In this document: one piece after another, positions 36,309 through 38,444 of the stretch | Numbering within the stretch: position 1 is the first letter of the stretch | Layout of the letters: each line of letters starts with the position of its first letter | Assembly: GCA_041736655.1 (NCBI GenBank) | Contig: JBGSTE010000311.1 | Location: 1-38,444 of the forward strand | Source: Phycisphaeraceae bacterium | GTDB taxonomy: Bacteria; Planctomycetota; Phycisphaerae; Phycisphaerales; Phycisphaeraceae | DNA: 38,444 nucleotides | Reading direction: 5' to 3' | The notes under the pieces: model-generated | Told to the model about the DNA's origin: nothing | Database searches by the model: none | What the model saw: the letters and a program-made list of their open reading frames with translations, nothing else | Position numbers and translations under genes: made by a program

Positions 36309-37486
36309 TAGAAGCTCACGCGATTAGGCAGAAGGCGCTTCGGCTGTGGACCAGCAACAGACTTCTGTGTGATTGGTTAGAACCCGATGGCCTATTTCCC
36401 CACAGAATCTCTGCCGGCTCGCCGAGCGGACGCCGACTTAGCGAAGCATATGCACAAGTGAAAGATTGGATTGCGCAAATTGAATCTGGCGCAGGCGCTG
36501 GCTATCAGATTGAATACCGTGCAATCGAGCATCGACAGCTTGGGCCACAACAGATTCCAGCCCGCATCGTCATACCCTCCCGCGACGACTGCCTGCGATT
36601 GATTCGAAAACGCCATGACTTCGATCGGTTTAGGTCGATCGCGGAATCCACCTTGCCGGCTTGGCCGGCTTTGCGGAATGTCTTTCTTAAAAGGCCGCAC
36701 GACATCATCAACTTGGCAGAACACTGGGAGGGGTGCCTGTCGGTATGTAGATACTTTGTCGATCGACCTCGGCCGGGGCTTTACCTTCGGCAACTTGATA
36801 TACCGGGTGTCGATACCAAGTTTATTGAGCAGCACCGAAGCATCCTTTCCAACATGCTAGACCATGTCTTGCCTGAAACCGCAATCGACCCCACTGAAAG
36901 CGGCGGCCTCTTAAAAGGCTTCTCGCGACGCTATGGCTTGGCGATCGAGCACCCGACGATTCGGCTGCGAGTACTGGACCCCAACTGCATGGTCGGGGGG
37001 TTACGAGACTTCGCTGTGCCCCTACCTGATCTCGCCCGGCGAGAACTTGATATTGATACCGTCTTCATAACCGAGAACAAGACCAACGGCCTTTGCCTGC
37101 CCGATTGCCCCCGGTCAATCGTCATCTTCGGCCTCGGCTACGGAGTCGAGTCGATCTGCGAAGTGGCTTGGCTATCTTTGAAGAACATCTACTACTGGGG
37201 TGACATCGATACACACGGCTTTCGTATCCTCAATCAACTGCGCGGCTACTTCCCCCATCTACGATCCATGCTGATGGACGAAAAAACTCTGATTAACAAC
37301 CTACCCCTCTGTGTTGAAGAACCCGAGGCGACACGATTCACGGGGCAACTCCAAAACCTTACCAAAGAGGAGAGCGCGACCTACACCGCCCTGCTAGACC
37401 ACCGTTTGGGCAGAAGCTTACGTCTGGAGCAGGAGCGCATCGGCTTCAGCGGGGTTGAGAGTTTCATGCGTTCCGTCGCATCCTGA
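36305..37486 (+). CDS. jetD: Wadjet JetD Toprim nuclease (DUF3322+DUF2220)
   Basis: YLRQLDIPGVDTKFIE, TENK, GLGYG, YWGDIDTHG and LRLEQERI. GTGA overlap with jetC. Confidence 0.93.
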   Translation: MIEAHAIRQKALRLWTSNRLLCDWLEPDGLFPHRISAGSPSGRRLSEAYAQVKDWIAQIESGAGAGYQIEYRAIEHRQLGPQQIPARIVIPSRDDCLRLIRKRHDFDRFRSIAESTLPAWPALRNVFLKRPHDIINLAEHWEGCLSVCRYFVDRPRPGLYLRQLDIPGVDTKFIEQHRSILSNMLDHVLPETAIDPTESGGLLKGFSRRYGLAIEHPTIRLRVLDPNCMVGGLRDFAVPLPDLARRELDIDTVFITENKTNGLCLPDCPRSIVIFGLGYGVESICEVAWLSLKNIYYWGDIDTHGFRILNQLRGYFPHLRSMLMDEKTLINNLPLCVEEPEATRFTGQLQNLTKEESATYTALLDHRLGRSLRLEQERIGFSGVESFMRSVAS

Positions 37487-38096
37487 TTCGCAGCCGGATT
37501 GGATTCCTACTGCGATGTACTCGATGGGGGGATGACCCGGTGCCCCTTTTACTCAGCCCGGTGTTGCGCTTCGGAGTGGAATCTGCCCTTGTCAACACGG
37601 TGGGACTGTAGGTAAAGGAATTGACCGACACGCCCGACCATCAAGTTGTCCGCCCTTTCAGTGAGAAGCTTCCGTGTGCTGGGCCGATGGCGCACAGGGG
37701 TTTCGCGAAATCGTAGGGCAGGAGTCGTAATAGCCAGGCCTTGATCGCGGCTGGGGCCGGTTTTAGATCCCAAGCCGTAGTATCAGCATGCTATGTTTGC
37801 GCACAAAGGCGTGTTCGCAGCCCGAGGTGCGCGCATCGCATCGGTCTAAAATATTTTGAAAAATCTCATCTTGGTACTAGGCGCACCTTGAGCGCCTGGG
37901 TATAAAGGTGCATCGGCAACCAGGGGCACTGCGATTCACATCGAGCATCCAATCCGGGAACCCCGCATCGGCGAAGGTTTTTCGTCACGTCAAGGCGTTG
38001 GCGATCGCCGGGCGCTGCTGGCATGCAACCTGGTTGCTTGGTGCGGTGAAGTGTTGACGGACTCAAAGGGGCTGTCTTTCCGGGGAATCTGAAACG

Positions 38097-38444
38097 ATGT
38101 CCAGCTCTTGGTCTTCATCTCCTGCGTTATCGCCTGAAGAAGGTAAAGGTCTTGTCGACCAGACCAATGGGTGCGACAAGTGTGATTGCGCCGACAACCC
38201 GATCCGTTTTTTCAACGGCGAGGTGGTGTTCAGCGAACAAGACTTGTCCGGTCCTGTGTCGGGCTTTGGTCACGGCCGCAGCTTCAGCAACAAGTTGTCG
38301 GGCAACTACGCGGGTCCCAACGGCAACAACTGGCTGATGCCCAACTGGCCGTACCTGGTCGAGGAGTCATCGACGGTCTATGTCTTCGTGCGCGGTCAGG
38401 AGCGGGTGTGGTTCGACAAGTCGGGCAGTACTTACACGGCCCGC
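38097..38444 (+). CDS. RHS/YD-repeat protein N-terminus (DUF6531-like), runs off window; not in ORF track
   Basis: From ATG 38097 the frame is open to the window end: ...CADNPIRFFNGEVVFSEQDLSGPVSGFGHGRSFSN...GPNGNNW..., matching the DP..GE...DL...R.Y.S...G..G.GW pattern. Confidence 0.7.
   Translation, partial: MSSSWSSSPALSPEEGKGLVDQTNGCDKCDCADNPIRFFNGEVVFSEQDLSGPVSGFGHGRSFSNKLSGNYAGPNGNNWLMPNWPYLVEESSTVYVFVRGQERVWFDKSGSTYTAR

Noticed and set aside
37494-37957. 11-bp inverted repeat CCGGATTGGAT/ATCCAATCCGG as MITE ends
   Set aside because: The repeat is short, with no target-site duplication and no second copy in the window, so it could be chance.
1-38444. CRISPR array, tRNA or rRNA genes
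   Set aside because: No regularly spaced repeat-spacer units or cloverleaf/rRNA signatures were seen. The 18-bp motif is irregularly spaced and bidirectional.

Overview
GC-rich, mosaic integrative/defence island. The gene families suggest a Planctomycetota-like host, which is inference only. Left to right: (1) Two convergent tyrosine recombinases with an asymmetric, dif-like 11-6-11 site between their stop codons. A 4.67-kb cassette bounded by 239-bp direct repeats sits at that site; it carries an intact type III CBASS operon (cdnC-cap7/HORMA-cap6/TRIP13-nucC) plus truncated resolvase and relaxase relics. (2) A hypothetical gene, a large serine recombinase and a small unannotated ORF, followed by a third copy of the site. 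(3) A long + strand operon opening with a complete ubiquitin-like conjugation module (Ubl with C-terminal extension, E2-like domain fused to 10 CxxC pairs, JAB peptidase, DUF6573-like protein, minimal ThiF/E1), then beta-clamp-like, DUF932-like and DUF4230-like genes. This operon is punctuated by hairpins and a dispersed 18-bp motif. (4) Three secreted/membrane genes, an XRE regulator and IS scars. (5) A candidate new defence operon: XRE-HTH::dynamin-like GTPase + HNH-like + PD-(D/E)xK proteins. (6) A decayed SNF2 helicase, an intact RecD2-like helicase-nuclease, a complete type I Wadjet (jetABCD) and the start of an RHS protein. No CRISPR array, tRNA or rRNA was seen. All family calls come from motif recognition by eye, not from database searches.
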